The notes below the pieces were generated by a model. The model was not told where the DNA came from and did not search any database. It was given only the letters and a program-made list of their open reading frames with translations. Shown here piece after piece: positions 26,651 through 41,646 of a stretch of DNA of 64,000 bases (positions are counted from its first letter, which is position 1; each line of letters opens with the position of its first letter). Source of the DNA: Octopus sinensis (taxonomy: Eukaryota); NCBI RefSeq assembly GCF_006345805.1, contig NC_043007.1:43524001-43588000 (forward strand). Direction: 5' to 3'. Position numbers and translations under genes: made by a program.

Positions 26651-28207
26651 TAGTTTCATTTCATCTTCAATCAGGACTTCTTGATTAATTTACCTATCTT
26701 CCTCTCATCATCGTATATTGTGTCGAACCCCCAGGCCCCAAACTAGCAACTGTTTTCTAGTCCTCCATCTTCAGAACGTCAGCCCTCAGGAATTTCACCC
26801 TCGTCCATCATTTTCCTTCAGCTCTTCAAGAGGAGCATAAATCACGTCGATCTCATGGTCTCGGAAGAATTGCAAAAGCCGTGGCTACAATCCATGCCTC
26901 CTCCAGACTAAACCGTAAAAGAAGGAAGATATATAACAATGGAGTTCTAGACATACAAAGCAGCAGGATGGTGAGCCTTCATTTTAACTGAGTCTGAAGG
27001 TAAGGGGTAAAGCTCATGAGACTTGTGGGATTTCGAGATGGATGATATCGGTTCCGTTATTGTTCTGTTGCAGATTTATGACTGTAAGAAAGTAGGAAAG
27101 TCATAGGCAGGGAGAAGGTATCAGAAAGCCAATACTCTGGCGATGAAGGATTGGGTTAACGCTGGGGTGATCATGGTTGGACACACCAAGAATGACGAGA
27201 AGTAGAGAGACGAGTGAGTCAGGGATACTTGAGTGGGGGAGGTATGAAAACAATAAGATCCAAGGAGAAGAGGCCATCTATATTATAATGGAGAAAGTGC
27301 TTATTAATTAGGTATGAAATAGTTACTAAAAGAAAGTAATTATTAAAGGCTTTACCATCTGGAAATTTGTTTATAAATTCATGTTCCAAGAAATTTCCTG
27401 TAATTTCGATTTCTAGTTTACTGAATATTTGAACTACAAGTTGTTCACAAATTTAAATATTCGTTGCATTCAGTGCGGAGTAGATTTCAATGCTTAATAA
27501 ACAATATTCATTGCAGGCGAAACTTTCCGTTTTCATTTGTAATAGTCTCTCACTCTCTCTCGCCTCTATTTTCATTAATGATAATTTAATATGTATTCAT
27601 TTCAATGCTTTCATTTCAAACTTTAATTCGCTTTTGCAAAACCCACAGTTTATTCTATATACGTAATGTAAAAAAAAAATCATTGAATGGTTGAATGCTA
27701 CTAGACAAAATAGCAGTACAACTTTGAGACTTATGATAATATCAGTTTCCGGAGTTGTTAAAGGAATAAATATTTTTGATAAAATGAATTTTTTTTTTAA
27801 TATACCGGTATAATTAAAAAAAATTAAGAAGTGATTTTGTTGGTATGGCTGTTTGGAACACTATAAGCCTTACAATAATAACTATGTGATCGCTGCTATT
27901 TCTAGCACGCTAAATGTAGTTGGGTTACCTTGAAGTTTGTTTAAATTAAAGATATATTACAACTACGATAAATTACTGAAAGAAATATTTACTAAGCAAA
28001 TGAGATTTTTTATAAATTGAAGTCTTCAGGAAAATTTAGTTTCTGAGCTTCCTTTTATTATTGAATATTTCAAATTAAAATATTCGGTTCAATATAGTTT
28101 TTAACGAACTTTTATTTATATGATTTTTTTCATTTCCTGTTTATTTCATTCATTGTTTGCAATGTTCTCTCTCCTCCCTCTTTCTCACACACACACTGTC
28201 TCTGTAA

Positions 28208-28327
<120 letters not shown>

Positions 28328-31300
28328 CAGGTTTGATATCATTAATACACAAATATCACGCTAGAATTTTGCAATTCAACATGTGACGTCCCAAAAATTA
28401 TGCCGGAGGGCGGTCTTTCTGCTAGTTATGGTAATGATAGAAAAAAACCCCAGAGAAAGGAAACATTATGCTCTTGGGTTTAGAAGGTGGAGTGAGTCTG
28501 TTAGTGACTGAATTCCAAGATGTAGGACGGTGTGTTGCGTCTACCTCTTTACAAAAAGGGGCGATCTTTCAAGTCTAATAGAAGGGTGCTAGATTAGAAT
28601 AAACAACAGTATGAAGAGAGGGAGAGAGAGAGAGAGGGAGAGAGAGAAAGAGGGAGAGAAAGAAAAAATGTTTTCGATTACATGACTTGTTAACTTGGGA
28701 CTAAAAAACTAATAACAGCTTATGGATTCTAGTGATGTACTGTAACATTTGAAAGTGAAGTGTCTTGGCTACAGGCATTGTGAAATACTAGCAATAGAAT
28801 ACAAACTGTTGGCCACACATGTTAGTTGACCGACGCCATAGTTAATATCTGTAGATTGACGTCAATATTTCATTATTTTATTCACTGTCGCGTTGGTTTT
28901 GTATTTTATCCTAATTATAAACTAATTATTGTAGTTTAACACCCGATAATACCTATTAGGCGAGTGGCATATGGAAAACTGCCGCGTCAAGAGAATAAAA
29001 AAGAGAAGTGTGCGTTTGTGTATGTGTGCGCGTGTATGTGAGTGTGAATGCGTGTCCGTGTGTGTGTATGTGAAAGAGAGAGAGAGAAAGAAAGAGAGAG
29101 AAGGAGTGAGAGAGGAGGAAGGAAGAAATAAAAAAAGAAAGCACGTAGAAAGAATGTTAAAATTCAATCAATAATCTGTTGGTCTATTTATAACATGGAC
29201 TGTTCTTAATCAATCCAGAAGTGGATAGAACAAGATTGTTCCAGTTTGCCATTTGTGTGTTATGGATTAGTTTTGTCAGCCAATTTAAAGTGGTACACTA
29301 ACTGTAAAAAGGAAGCTGAATGATAGTAAAAACTAAGGGATAAATGGAAACAAGGCATTAGAATGGATGTTTATAACCAATACTTGCATTGACAGTTGAT
29401 GAATTGTAAAGTCACCTCTGCAAGAAATTCTTATTGCAGATACAGAAACGTGAGGAGTTAAAGAAAATATTGGTGAGTCCTACAAATACGATGGACCATA
29501 GGGTGTACCACTGAAAATTTTTTCTTTTAAGTAGTGTACATCACAATGTATACTCAGTGTCCATATGTTAACGTCACAGGATAGATAACATAAGACACAC
29601 AGTTAAGTCATATAAGTTATATAGGGTAAGTCACAATGTACATAGGATAAATCACGGAGTATATAAGGTATGCAGGTATTTTGAAAATACCTTCCGGAAT
29701 GATTGTGACCTGCATAGTTACGGGCTGCCACTAGACAAGGTATAGCATCTGCTCATCCCCACCCCTGCTAAGGACTCGGCGAAGTTATGAGACTGCAGCA
29801 TGGCGGATTGTGAAGACGTAGCAGAAGAGCTCAACTGAGCCAGCGGTGCTTCTTATATTGATGCTAAGCGAGGAATCCAAAAGGATCAATACTCAGGATC
29901 ACCAAGCTCTATCAAGAGAGTAACTGCAACATATCCGTAGGGGTGGCGTCCATGGTTGTGTAATCAGCTAATGAAAGATTCACTATGGACTCAAGCTCCC
30001 AATTCAAATTCATAATAATGGAATTGGATGGTGACAGAGAGTCATAAAAATCTGCGAAAGCAGCGAAAAAAGATATAAGGTAAGTCACAGTTTAGATATG
30101 GTAAACCAAAGCGTATACAGGGTTAGTTGCAGAGTACATAAAATAATGCACAGCGTATATAAGGGAAGTCACACTGTATATGGCGTAAGTCAGTAAAATT
30201 CATTCGCAAATCTTGTTTTTTTATAAATGTCTTAGTCGTAGAAGTGAAGAACTGGCAGTGTTATTAGAGCACAGGATAGACACATTGTGGTGTTTGTTTC
30301 GGTTCCATGCACTCCGAGTTGAAATCCTGCCGATATCAACTTTGCTTTTCGTTCCTGTGTGAGTGATAAATAACGTATCTGTCTGAAACAGTGGATTGGC
30401 AGAATTAATAAAGCGTCGGACGAGCTACCTCGTGGCATCTGTTCCGGGTTTTGCGTTCTGATAGTATCATCTGCTTCGACACTGGTGCTAGCTTTTATGT
30501 CAAGTAATATCAGTGGAATAGAAATGACGACCTTGTATGCATGGGAAATTGATTATCTTCCGCGAGAAAAGACATTGCCCAGGCCTGCACTTTGGAGAAC
30601 TTTCTAGGCGAAAATCTATTGCATTATGAGATACACGGAGAGAAGCTTTGGGTCATAAGAAGGGGAATCGCACTGCCTATGACTCTTTTCAAAGTATCTG
30701 AGACAGGTGGCTGACAAAAGCCAGTGTAGCATGGTTTCTGGCCGCCCTGTGCTGTAGCCTAATTGACTGCTAGCTTCTTTAAACGTAATATATATTCTAC
30801 TACAGCAGGCATACCAACATAAAAGTGGCCACCCTGTGCGGTTGGTACATTCCTCATACTCCACCCTATACCACTGATGTGTGTGAGAGGAAAGAGAAAG
30901 GAAGCTATCTCTAGACAGGAGATCTGGTTTTAATGCTTACTTCATAGTGGACTTCATTATGGGCAACCATGAATCAGATGGTTGTGTTAAACCGGGCGAC
31001 GGTTTAAATACAGCACTTCAAGTTAACGCAATACTTGTCGACTCACCTATGTTACATTGTTCTGGCAATGTGAGGGCGCATGGTATCGTTGTTTGGGTGT
31101 TGAATTCTCCATCGTTAAACTGAACGTTAGATTCTCAGAAGGGATAATGCGTTATATCCTTGGGCAAAGCTCTTCATTTCATTTTGATTCAGTCCACTCA
31201 GAGCTGAAAAATAAACATCAGCGACTGTTGGAGAGTTAGCCCTGTGAAGGACTAGCATCCCGTTCAAGTTGAAGTATTGTGCTCTCAGCCTCTTAAACAC

Positions 31301-32367
31301 TGCAGAATACATGATTCAATGTATTTCATTTATTTAAACGGCTGTGTGCAGTTTAAGGTTGATCTCACTGTCAAGCTGCCACCTAAACTTCTCGAGTATT
31401 GATATGTTAAAAAGTGTTGCATAAGGAATCTCAACCTTGTGACTCGTCTATCTGCACCAAAATTAACCCGAGTCTTTATTCTACACAATTCTCTTAACTC
31501 ATGTATACTTGAGAAAGTAAAAATTTGTCAACTTCAACATCTTCCAGCTAAAACTATTCTCCCAACCGCCAAAACTGACACACTACAAGAAGAATTCCAT
31601 CTCTCCCCCCAAAACCCTGGCTCTGCCTTCTATTTTGAATTAGAATTCATCGTCATACTTGTAGAAATACCAGTGTATTGAAGTGATTTCTAAGTTACTT
31701 AGCTATCGTCTTCAAAATGAACCCTATCTTTATCTTGAACTTTTAAATTTATCAGTTGCTCAGGCCTTTGTTAGATTTCCCCTAGTAACAAACGTACACC
31801 AAATCTAATTATATCACACACACACAAGAATGTTACTGTTGGCGATTTCCATTCTTTTACACAGCGTCCTAAGTGAGAGATACTTCTTAATGGCCATAAC
31901 GATTTTAGGATCGCTTGAAGAAAATTCACGAGAAATGAATTTTAGCTTGTTACACCTTGGTCTGTAGAGTCATGAATTCAGTGATTAGATAGAACGAAGC
32001 TATCACTGATAATACAGCGATCCGTTATCTTATGGGCATTATTCGGTTAAAAGTATGATGAAGATAGTCCTTCCTTACGTAACCATTTAGATTCTAAATT
32101 CCACAAAGCCGAATAAACAAATTCTTACTGTTATATTTGTTTCGAAAAAGCCATAAACATTCTACTTCTTTCCACTCAGTAAATATTATAGTTACTGTCT
32201 GATCCACAAATATTACTATATCCTCTAATCATAAGGTCTGTTTCTTAAATCTACAGCTCATAGTTATTAATTAATTTGGCAGTTGTTACATTATTTTTGT
32301 TTTAAAACTTACTTCTACCCTTCATCGGAATAATAGAAGTGAAAATAAACCCCACAAAATGGTTGGT

Positions 32368-32447
<80 letters not shown>

Positions 32448-32487
32448 GTACATATATATATGTATATGTGAATGCATATGTGTATGC

Positions 32488-32520
<33 letters not shown>

Positions 32521-32535
32521 TGTATATATACATGT

Positions 32536-32581
<46 letters not shown>

Positions 32582-33364
32582 GAACAGTTGTCGCGAAGAA
32601 ATCAAATTGCTGGTTAGAGATTACTGTTAGTTGCCCCCATATTTTCTAACTCTATGACACTTAATTTATTTCTACTGTTTAGCTGAGCACAGATAATCGG
32701 TAAATATTAAATGCCCGAACGACTTATCTGCTTTTCATGGCTGGCATTAAGAGATTTACAAAGAATTAACGTACACGCAAGTTTTTTTTGTTACTATAAA
32801 AATGAAAGCGATCTTCTGTTCTGAGAACATATTGATTTATTAAAATAAGGTTCAAGGTCCTTTATTGAAGGATAAGTGCATGTTTATTTTATCAACTCTG
32901 TCGCAATAATATATCGAATAATGAGTCGTAAAGCAAACATTAATCTACGAAAGCCGTAACTGACCCAGTCCGAACCCAATAGATTCAAAGGATCAGCGGT
33001 TCCTATCATATTACAGTTTTGCATTATCCAAAGCCAAGGCACATATTCGGCTAACAAGGTGCAGGTATATCGGCGGATTAAGAAGTTCGCTTTACAATAA
33101 CGTCGTTCCAGGATCAATCTCACTGGGCCGTACCATAGGAAAATATCTTGTCATTGCCTCCTGCTAACTAATAATTTGTGAGCGGAATTTGTTAATTAAA
33201 AACCATGAAAAATAAAGCAAAAATATACCCAAATAACAAGAATATTGAAGATCTCTTATATAAGATGATGGTAAGAGATTGTAGATGAATCAGCTCCCAC
33301 GTAACCATATAATCGTGATGTCCAGCACCCTAACCACTCATGTACTTATAACACACGCGCGCGA

Positions 33365-33417
<53 letters not shown>

Positions 33418-33602
33418 AGTAGCAGACAAATAAAGGTGATCTGTAAAATAAAACATTAACAGAAATGTTATTCCTAGTTAGTTGAGTTAATGGTTAGAGA
33501 ATCGAATAGAAAGCCTCACAATAATCCAATTCTGTGCTCTGTGAGGACAACTTCGCTTTTCATTCTCTCGGAGCCGACAAAATAACATTTCAGAACTGGT
33601 TT

Positions 33603-33665
<63 letters not shown>

Positions 33666-34002
33666 AGAAGAAATCGGTAGTGTTCACACCTGAAGAGTGT
33701 ATATGTATCGTCAGTAGTTCATATATCCGAAAAAAAAAACAAACTCTAATGTAGTAATATAATTTTATAATTTTTAAGAAGTTAAAAGTTTCTCACATAG
33801 AAAGCGCTTAGCTGTATAGGCGACTCGTCAGACGCAAATGGCTATTTCAGGCGTAGATACTGCAGCTGAGGCTAATACTCACATGTGGGTTTCTGTGGTC
33901 ACAACAAATGCTGTTATGGCAACAAGACCAAAGCAAGATATTCCAGGTGCAGATCCATGGTCTTGCGAGACTAAGGAATATCTCTGTCTGTCTCCCTCCC
34001 CC

Positions 34003-34062
<60 letters not shown>

Positions 34063-34241
34063 GTGTATATGTATGTATCTATGTATATATATGCATATGT
34101 GTATGTATGTGTATATATATATATATGTATATGTATGTTGGTGCAAACTGATGTGCCAGCGCACAAAACTCTCGGAACTTGAGACACTCTGTTGCTTCCG
34201 ATAAATATTAAAAGATCTATCTATTTATCTATCTATCTACG

Positions 34242-34273
<32 letters not shown>

Positions 34274-34303
34274 TGTATGTATGTATGTATGTATGTATGT
34301 ATG

Positions 34304-34350
<47 letters not shown>

Positions 34351-35454
34351 AAATAAGCAACAAGGATACCAGAGGTAATACAGTACAATCGTTTCATGCC
34401 ACTCCATTTAACTGAACAATGCAATCATTACATCAATTTAAAATGTAGAGCAATCTTCAGCTTCACAAAGACATAGAATTTAATTAAATTAGAACAGATG
34501 GACTCATTAGTATAATTATACCTAAAATCTCCAAGAAGTTAAGGAGATAGACAAAGAACTTGTTGTCTCTACTTCAGCATAGAAGTTACTAAAATTATCA
34601 GGAAGACTCTGCCTGTCTTGTATGTCCCTTGTATATCTAAGGCTGAGAGAACAGAGGGCAGTATCTGTTAGGAGTAGGGCTGAGGGAGTAGACATACATT
34701 ATAGTTGGTATAGTTATAAAAATCAAGATTTATTATAAGCAATATCATGAGGTTTAGTAAAGGAAAACTTAAAACAAGATGTTAGCTGATAATTAAGGGG
34801 ATCGTCCACTAGCAGACTATTGATAATGAAACAGGGGAAGTCTTATCATGTGGTACTATAGTTAAATATTCTAAACAATGTTGCTATATTGTATACAGTT
34901 AAAGTTTAGAGTTATTCAAAGGATTATTAAGAAGAATATTATAACAAAAGGATTGAAATTTATGAATACTTTTGAGTATACACCAAACTTTTACTACAAT
35001 AGAGGGAAGAAAAGAAATTATCCAGAAATAGTTTAATGTTTATACATATTGTATATTTAAATACTAACTAATCAGATGGTGTCTGTGAATATTGATTAAT
35101 TGGTATATACTAGTATTAATAAAGGAGTATTGGGGCAAAGGAACATGCTAATTATATATTAATAACATTTTAATCTAAGCAGTATTTTTTTAATAAAAAG
35201 TGAATATACCAGTATAGTTTTATATGAGATAACTAAGAATTTATAGAGATACAAAAATTAGATTAATTTTATAAATAAATAAAGGGTAATTATGAAATAA
35301 TAAAGAAATAAAAAAATAATAATCACAAACCAATCTTCATTGGATGAAGGCAGATATTGAACATTTGCAATGGATTATCTACTTCATTGCTAATAAAGCA
35401 TACTTGATATCTCCCATGGTGAGTGACTTTGTGGTCACCTGGTATCTATCTATC

Positions 35455-35552
<98 letters not shown>

Positions 35553-35575
35553 ATATCTATCTATCTAGCTATCTA

Positions 35576-35668
<93 letters not shown>

Positions 35669-36327
35669 TTATTTATCTATATAGATATAGGTTTATTGGG
35701 CTTTCATCTCCTTACAAAGTCATAGCAGCACCGTCGTGCCACACAGTACGCCCTAAGCAATTTTAAACCTAGCGGTACGTAAAACCCTTCAAGTGTGAAC
35801 AGTACCGATTTCTTCTTGAGTAGCCAGTAGCATGTATTTGAACAAAAACAGGCAAATAATGGTATATTCTATACAAGATGAATTCTCTATTTATTAAAAC
35901 TAATCGCCTCCAGAGAATAACAATCGCGTGATGGCACTGCTTCCAGAGAAGAATCGTGTAATAGTATTTAGGGCCAATTTCAAATGAGAAGGGGTGACAA
36001 TATAAAAAATCAAGAATTCTCCCAAGCAAGTATGCTACTATCTTCAGATAATCAGATTGTCTTTTCCTTAATGCATATATAAGGTACACACGCACACACA
36101 CACACGCGCGCGCACGCACGCACACACACACACCACTAAAGGCGGAAGTTTACATTTCTGATTATCAAGGAAAAAAAGAAAATCATGAAAAATCTATTCC
36201 ATTGTATATTGTTGAAGAGTCATTCGTATAATTGATTGCACAAATATATTTCCAGTTATCTTATATGCATGCATGCATATATGTATGTATGCATGTATGT
36301 ATTTATGTATATATGTATGTATGTATG

Positions 36328-36379
<52 letters not shown>

Positions 36380-39179
36380 ACTATAATATATATCAGATAT
36401 AGTATAAGATAAATGATCCGAGAGTTTCAACAAATGCAGACATTTCAGAAAGTTCCTTTTAGCCTCCTGGAAAAACACACGACCAACAGATGAAACTGAT
36501 TTACTAACCTGAGAAGCACCATGAACATATACATACAGAAATGAGCATACATACACTATATTTAAACTCATTTTGTAATTCACTAATTGGACATATAACA
36601 CTGCTTATCAAAAACCACGGCTTAGGTTTTAGATTTCTAAACTTATTCCCAAAACTGAAGGAAAGTCTCAACAATATAGAAGTATTAATCAAATTAACTC
36701 ATTATGATAATATATTCTTTTGGGGCGTTTTCACTCTTCCCAGCTTCAAATGATTGCAGACATAGAAAATTTCTTATTGATCATCCTAACATTCAAGGAA
36801 TAAATTTTTCTACTCAAACGTAAGCAATAGCTTAGATGATTGATTAAAAAGCTAATTAGAAATATTTATGCAGTGAGGGAAAATAATGTTAAACTATGAA
36901 CAATATTATGTTAATTGTTTTGTTATGCACTGGAGAAAAATCTGGACGTTCCGACATTCTGTTCTTATCAGCAAAGCATTTTCTTTCATTGTATTTGCCG
37001 AAATATTTGAGGAAGAACAATTAAGCAAAGCAGTAAAATATTGATAAAAAATATAAGTTTATAGAATAACTATCCTAGATATGTCATCTGTGTAATAAAA
37101 CACTGGTTAAATAAGGGTGCATTAAAGATGTGTGTATTAAAGATCTAACTAGAAGTAATAATGCAGATATCATACACTAGATATTGTAGAATTCGTTCAT
37201 AATATGAAGAAAATTATGTAATATTACCTGAACATAACGAATGACCTTACAAGACCTGTAGCTTCCCCAACTCATCTGAAGCATTCTAACTCTCTCCGGC
37301 TTGAATTTCTGCTAGGGTGAATGGAAATCTATGAAGAATGAGAATAGAAAGCTGAACTGTCCATTTACGCTCTCTATATACGACATGAAAGTGAATCAGT
37401 TTATATCAAGAATTCAGTTGAATGGATTATGTCTAAGAGAGGAAGGCCAAGGTTCGTAAAGATATCATTTCTAAGGGTTGTAAAATTCTCATAAGTCAAA
37501 GTCATTGTTAGGAAGGAGCCAATTTCAGAATGTTATTCGGATAAATTAAAGATACAATAAAATGCTTCCACAGAAATAAAGCAGCACCAAAATTTTCTGT
37601 AGTTGTGTGAAAGGAACAGTCTTAGTGCATTTATAACTTATCACAGACTCTTGAAAGGTAAGCGAATCTCGAACGATTCAATACGCAACAAATACTATAA
37701 CTTTGTACAGAAATTTATAAAACACATCGTTATAAAAGATGTAATAACTACAAAATCTGCCAGAGATTGAAATTAACCTGAACTAAAGCAAGTAGTTTTA
37801 ACTGTTTCCCGATAATTTTTCTGAAAAACCTGCAAAAAGTTTCTGTTCAAACCTTTTCAAATACTTTTCCAAAGCTTTCTTAGAATTCCCCAAAAGTTGA
37901 AAAGGAGATACTTCTTATCTACAAGCTATGAAGCAAAGCAGATATTAAAAATTGCAGCTCTATCACTGTGATATAGAACGAATTAGCAAAAAGAAATTAG
38001 TTACGTTTTTAGAAACTAATTCGAAAAGTGACAGCAAGGTTTCTATCTAGGTAGGAGCTTCCTCACATAGCAATTGAGGCATTGTGTTTGTACATTAAAT
38101 CAGCTTTCCAAGCGGTCAAACTTAGATATTGGTAGATATAGACTAATTGTAGCTAAAGAGTTTCTCCCATGTACAAATAGCCACGTTGAAGAAACTCCTT
38201 TACAGTATAGGGCTTGGAATCAGGCGTCGAAAGTGAGGTTTTATGTATGACATTTCTGATAGAGCAACGTCCTTCACACTACGTTACTGTATAATCCTAA
38301 ATTACTATACTGGTAGCTTTCGATCATTTCATAGAATACTGTTTATTGCTGCAGCAATCATTCTCCTGTGATGTAAACAAGATGTTGATGACAAGACTAT
38401 GGTAGCTTATATTTCTGAGAGATTACTTTTGTTTGAGGCAAGTTGGTTGAGCATTATCAGAATACGCATTTAATTCTCAGCCTATTTCCAACTTCTGGTA
38501 AGAGCTATCGACTTTTTGTTTCGTAGTGACAATATGTGCTATGATAAGTACGTAAATATGAGCTGTCATTTCAGAGGGACAGAGAAAAGAAGAGAGGGAG
38601 AGTGAGTGAGAGAGAGAGAGAGAGAGAGAGAGTGAGAGATACAGAGAGATACAGAGAGAATGATTGTAGCTGCGATATGCTTGGTTAACTTCGAGAAAGT
38701 ATTCTGCATTTTTCATAGAAACCAAGTTTGTCAGTCACCTTTTCACTGATGGTTTTATTTTAGAAAGCGTTTTCCCAGAATTTATATATCCCATTTAACC
38801 CATCTGCATGCCTCTCGGGGTACATTTCACGATAAATTGTTGAACAATCATTTAATTTAGGGCCACCTTTCATGGCCCTACTGTTTGCTTTTTTTAGATG
38901 ACTAGTGCTGGAACAGTAGAGAATCGAGTTTCTCCAGTAGAGGTTTATAATGTGATTTATCTAGACTTGAAACTACCAGAGCAGGTTAAGAACATAGACT
39001 TCTCTTGTTGGCTCATTTACAATGTGTGTAAAGTATGACAGTCAGTTGTTACTTTTACCTAGATTAGCCCTGGTCCAATAGATTTATGTCAACAGCATTC
39101 CAACTATAAACTTTTCGTCTTTTTAGGATTATATTGTTACGTAGGACTACATTTTTGAAAATGCCCTTTTTCGTTTTTT

Positions 39180-39605
39180 AGACATTAGGTTATGATCTGA
39201 AGGAAATTTGGCTCCTATTCCTAGTAAGTAAACTACATTGTTTAAAATGACCTTCCCTTTATATAGACGTTAGGATGTGATTTGAAAGAAATTTGGCTAT
39301 GTTTAGCAGATCAAGTACATTTCCAAAAACGTCTTTCCCATTATTTTTTAGACGTTAGAATGTGATCTGAAAGAGATTTGGCTCCTATTTATTGCAGGCC
39401 AGACGTAGGGATGTGGTCTGAAGGAAATTTGATTTTTATTTCTAGCAGGTCAACTACATTGTCTAAAATGTCTTTCCCTTTATTTGGACGTTAGAATGTG
39501 ATCTGAAATAGATTTGGCTCTTATTTCTAGCAGGTCAACTACATTGTCTCAGATATCCTTTTCTTTAGACGTTAGGATGTGATCTGAAGTACATTTAGCT
39601 TCTAG
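39180..39605. repeat. Degenerate tandem repeat, about 80-85-bp unit, about 6 copies
   Basis: Recurrent gacgttaggatgtgatctgaaggaaatttggctc..tttctagcaggtcaactacattgtc. Dispersed relatives near 9210, 25470, 26080 and 26230. Confidence 0.8.
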
Positions 39606-40235
39606 TAAGATGAAGCGTGCTACTGTCAGCAATGTCTGCCGTTGGAATGCTAAGCTTTTCTTGATGATGGATATTCTTGGAAGCGCCGCTAATAAGCATA
39701 ATATAAATTCCACATCTCAAAGCATTGGAATCTGTATATCATTCTATTAATAATTGTGGTGATGGGGAGACAGTAAACTACGTCAGTTAGATTCTTAGCC
39801 ATAAGATGGTCAGTGATCTATATGATTCATATGTTCCTTAATATCTGTTCTAGGATCACGGCGTACAGTAATATCTTCTCTGTAATTAACAGCAGTGTCA
39901 ACACCTGAAGCTTCACTTCGATCTCTACAGTTATATATGGAATATTCAAAAATCATGTTGCAGTTAATTCCATTGATTACTGAATCCCCCAAATTCTCCA
40001 TAGCTATCACTATGGTGTATATTACTGCAAAGCCTCGGGGCTAAGGGTGGCAGATTTGCCTATATTAGACATTATCACAGCTCAAGTGCAATGCATACAT
40101 ATATACATACATAAATACACACATACATACATATATACATACATACATACATACACACACATATTTACAAGTTAATTATATGGATATATATATATAAACA
40201 TATATATCTATACATATATACATACATAAATACAC

Positions 40236-40286
<51 letters not shown>

Positions 40287-40330
40287 ATATACATACATGC
40301 ATACATGCATACATACATGCATACATACAT

Positions 40331-40408
<78 letters not shown>

Positions 40409-40557
40409 CGTATTTTTGCCATCTCAATATGGCTAACCCCTAAGGGTGGATGCTACTGTAGTTTTTAGCCCCAGGAGGACACACTCCTCCAGCTGGCCAT
40501 AGACACACTTTCTGTGTCCTGTCAGTATTTGAAAAGGGAAGTCATCCTTCCCGTCTT

Positions 40558-40627
40558 CAACTTATGATACACACGGACTCGAGTTTCGAGGTATTGACCT
40601 CTCGTCAGCGTGTGACAATCATAGTTG
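40558..40627 (-). ncRNA. Type I hammerhead ribozyme, intact (GUC cleavage between 40576 and 40575)
   Basis: Exact reverse complement of the intact plus-strand copy at 41647-41716. Confidence 0.92.
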
Positions 40628-40910
40628 TCGCCGAGAATTAGATTTCCTTCACAAATACTTATACTTTTTCCAGCGCCCACTGTCGCTGATATTGAAAAAG
40701 TGAAATCAAACAATGATAAATATCAAAGTGAGTTATATACAGTAGCGGTAACACATCGTGACGTATTTTTGCCATTTCAATATGGCTAACCCCTAAGGGT
40801 GGATGCTACTGTAGTTTTTAGCCTCAGGAGGACACACTCCTCCAGCTGGCCATAGACACACTTTCTGTGTCCTGTCAGTATTTGCAAAGGGAAGTCATCC
40901 TTCCCGTCTT

Positions 40911-40980
40911 CAACTTATGATACACACGGACTCGAGTTTCGAGGTATTGACCTCTCGTCAGCGTGTGACAATCATAGTTG
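40911..40980 (-). ncRNA. Type I hammerhead ribozyme, intact (cleavage between 40929 and 40928)
   Basis: Same sequence; 353 nt from the 40576 site; lies inside the spacer of the palindrome. Confidence 0.92.
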
Positions 40981-41293
40981 TCGCCGAGAATTAGATTTCC
41001 TTCACAAATACTTGACGGGAAGGATGACTTCCCTTTGCAAATACTGACAGGACACAGAAAGTGTGTCTATGGCCAGCTGGAGGAGTGTGTCCTCCTGGGG
41101 CTAAAAACTACAGTAGCATCCACCCTTAGGGGTTAGTCATATTGAAATGGCAAAAATACGTCACGATGTGTTACCGCTACTGTATATAACTCACTTTGAT
41201 ATTTATCATTGTTTGATTTCACTTTTTCAATATCAGCGACAGTGGGCGCTGAAAAAGTATAAGTATTTGTGAAGGAAATCTAATTCTCGGCGA

Positions 41294-41363
41294 CAACTAT
41301 GATTGTCACACGCTGACGAGAGGTCAATACCTCGAAACTCGAGCCCGTGTGTATCATAAGTTG
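41294..41363 (+). ncRNA. Type I hammerhead ribozyme with U16.1 to C change (GUC to GCC), predicted impaired
   Basis: ctcgagCccgtgtg at 41344 vs ctcgagTccgtgtg in the other three copies. Confidence 0.85.
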
Positions 41364-41646
41364 AAGACGGGAAGGATGACTTCCCTTTGCAAATACTGAC
41401 AGGAAACAGAAAGTGTGTCTATGGCCAGCTGGAGGAGTGTGTCCTCCTGGGGCTAAAAACTACAGTAGCATCCACCCTTAGGGGTTAGCCATATTGAAAT
41501 GGCAAAAATACGTCACGATGTGTTACCGCTACTGTATATAACTCACTTTGATATTTATCATTGTTTGATTTCACTTTTTCAATATCAGCGAAAGTGGGCG
41601 CTGGAAAAAGTATAAGTATTTGTGAAGGAAATCTAATTCTCGGCGA

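Noticed and set aside
26730-26780. Minus-strand CUGAAGA UGG AGGA CUA GAAA
   Set aside because: Position 17 would be G and stem I does not pair; likely chance.
30560-32150. Very decayed RT-like (RQCDSPS) and APE-like (VTVGDFHS) words
   Set aside because: Single motifs only; too weak to call as features without a translated search.
36540-37300. Possible Polinton/Maverick polymerase relic (FTLPSF word)
   Set aside because: No DxxSLYP or YxDTDS motifs found; unsupported.
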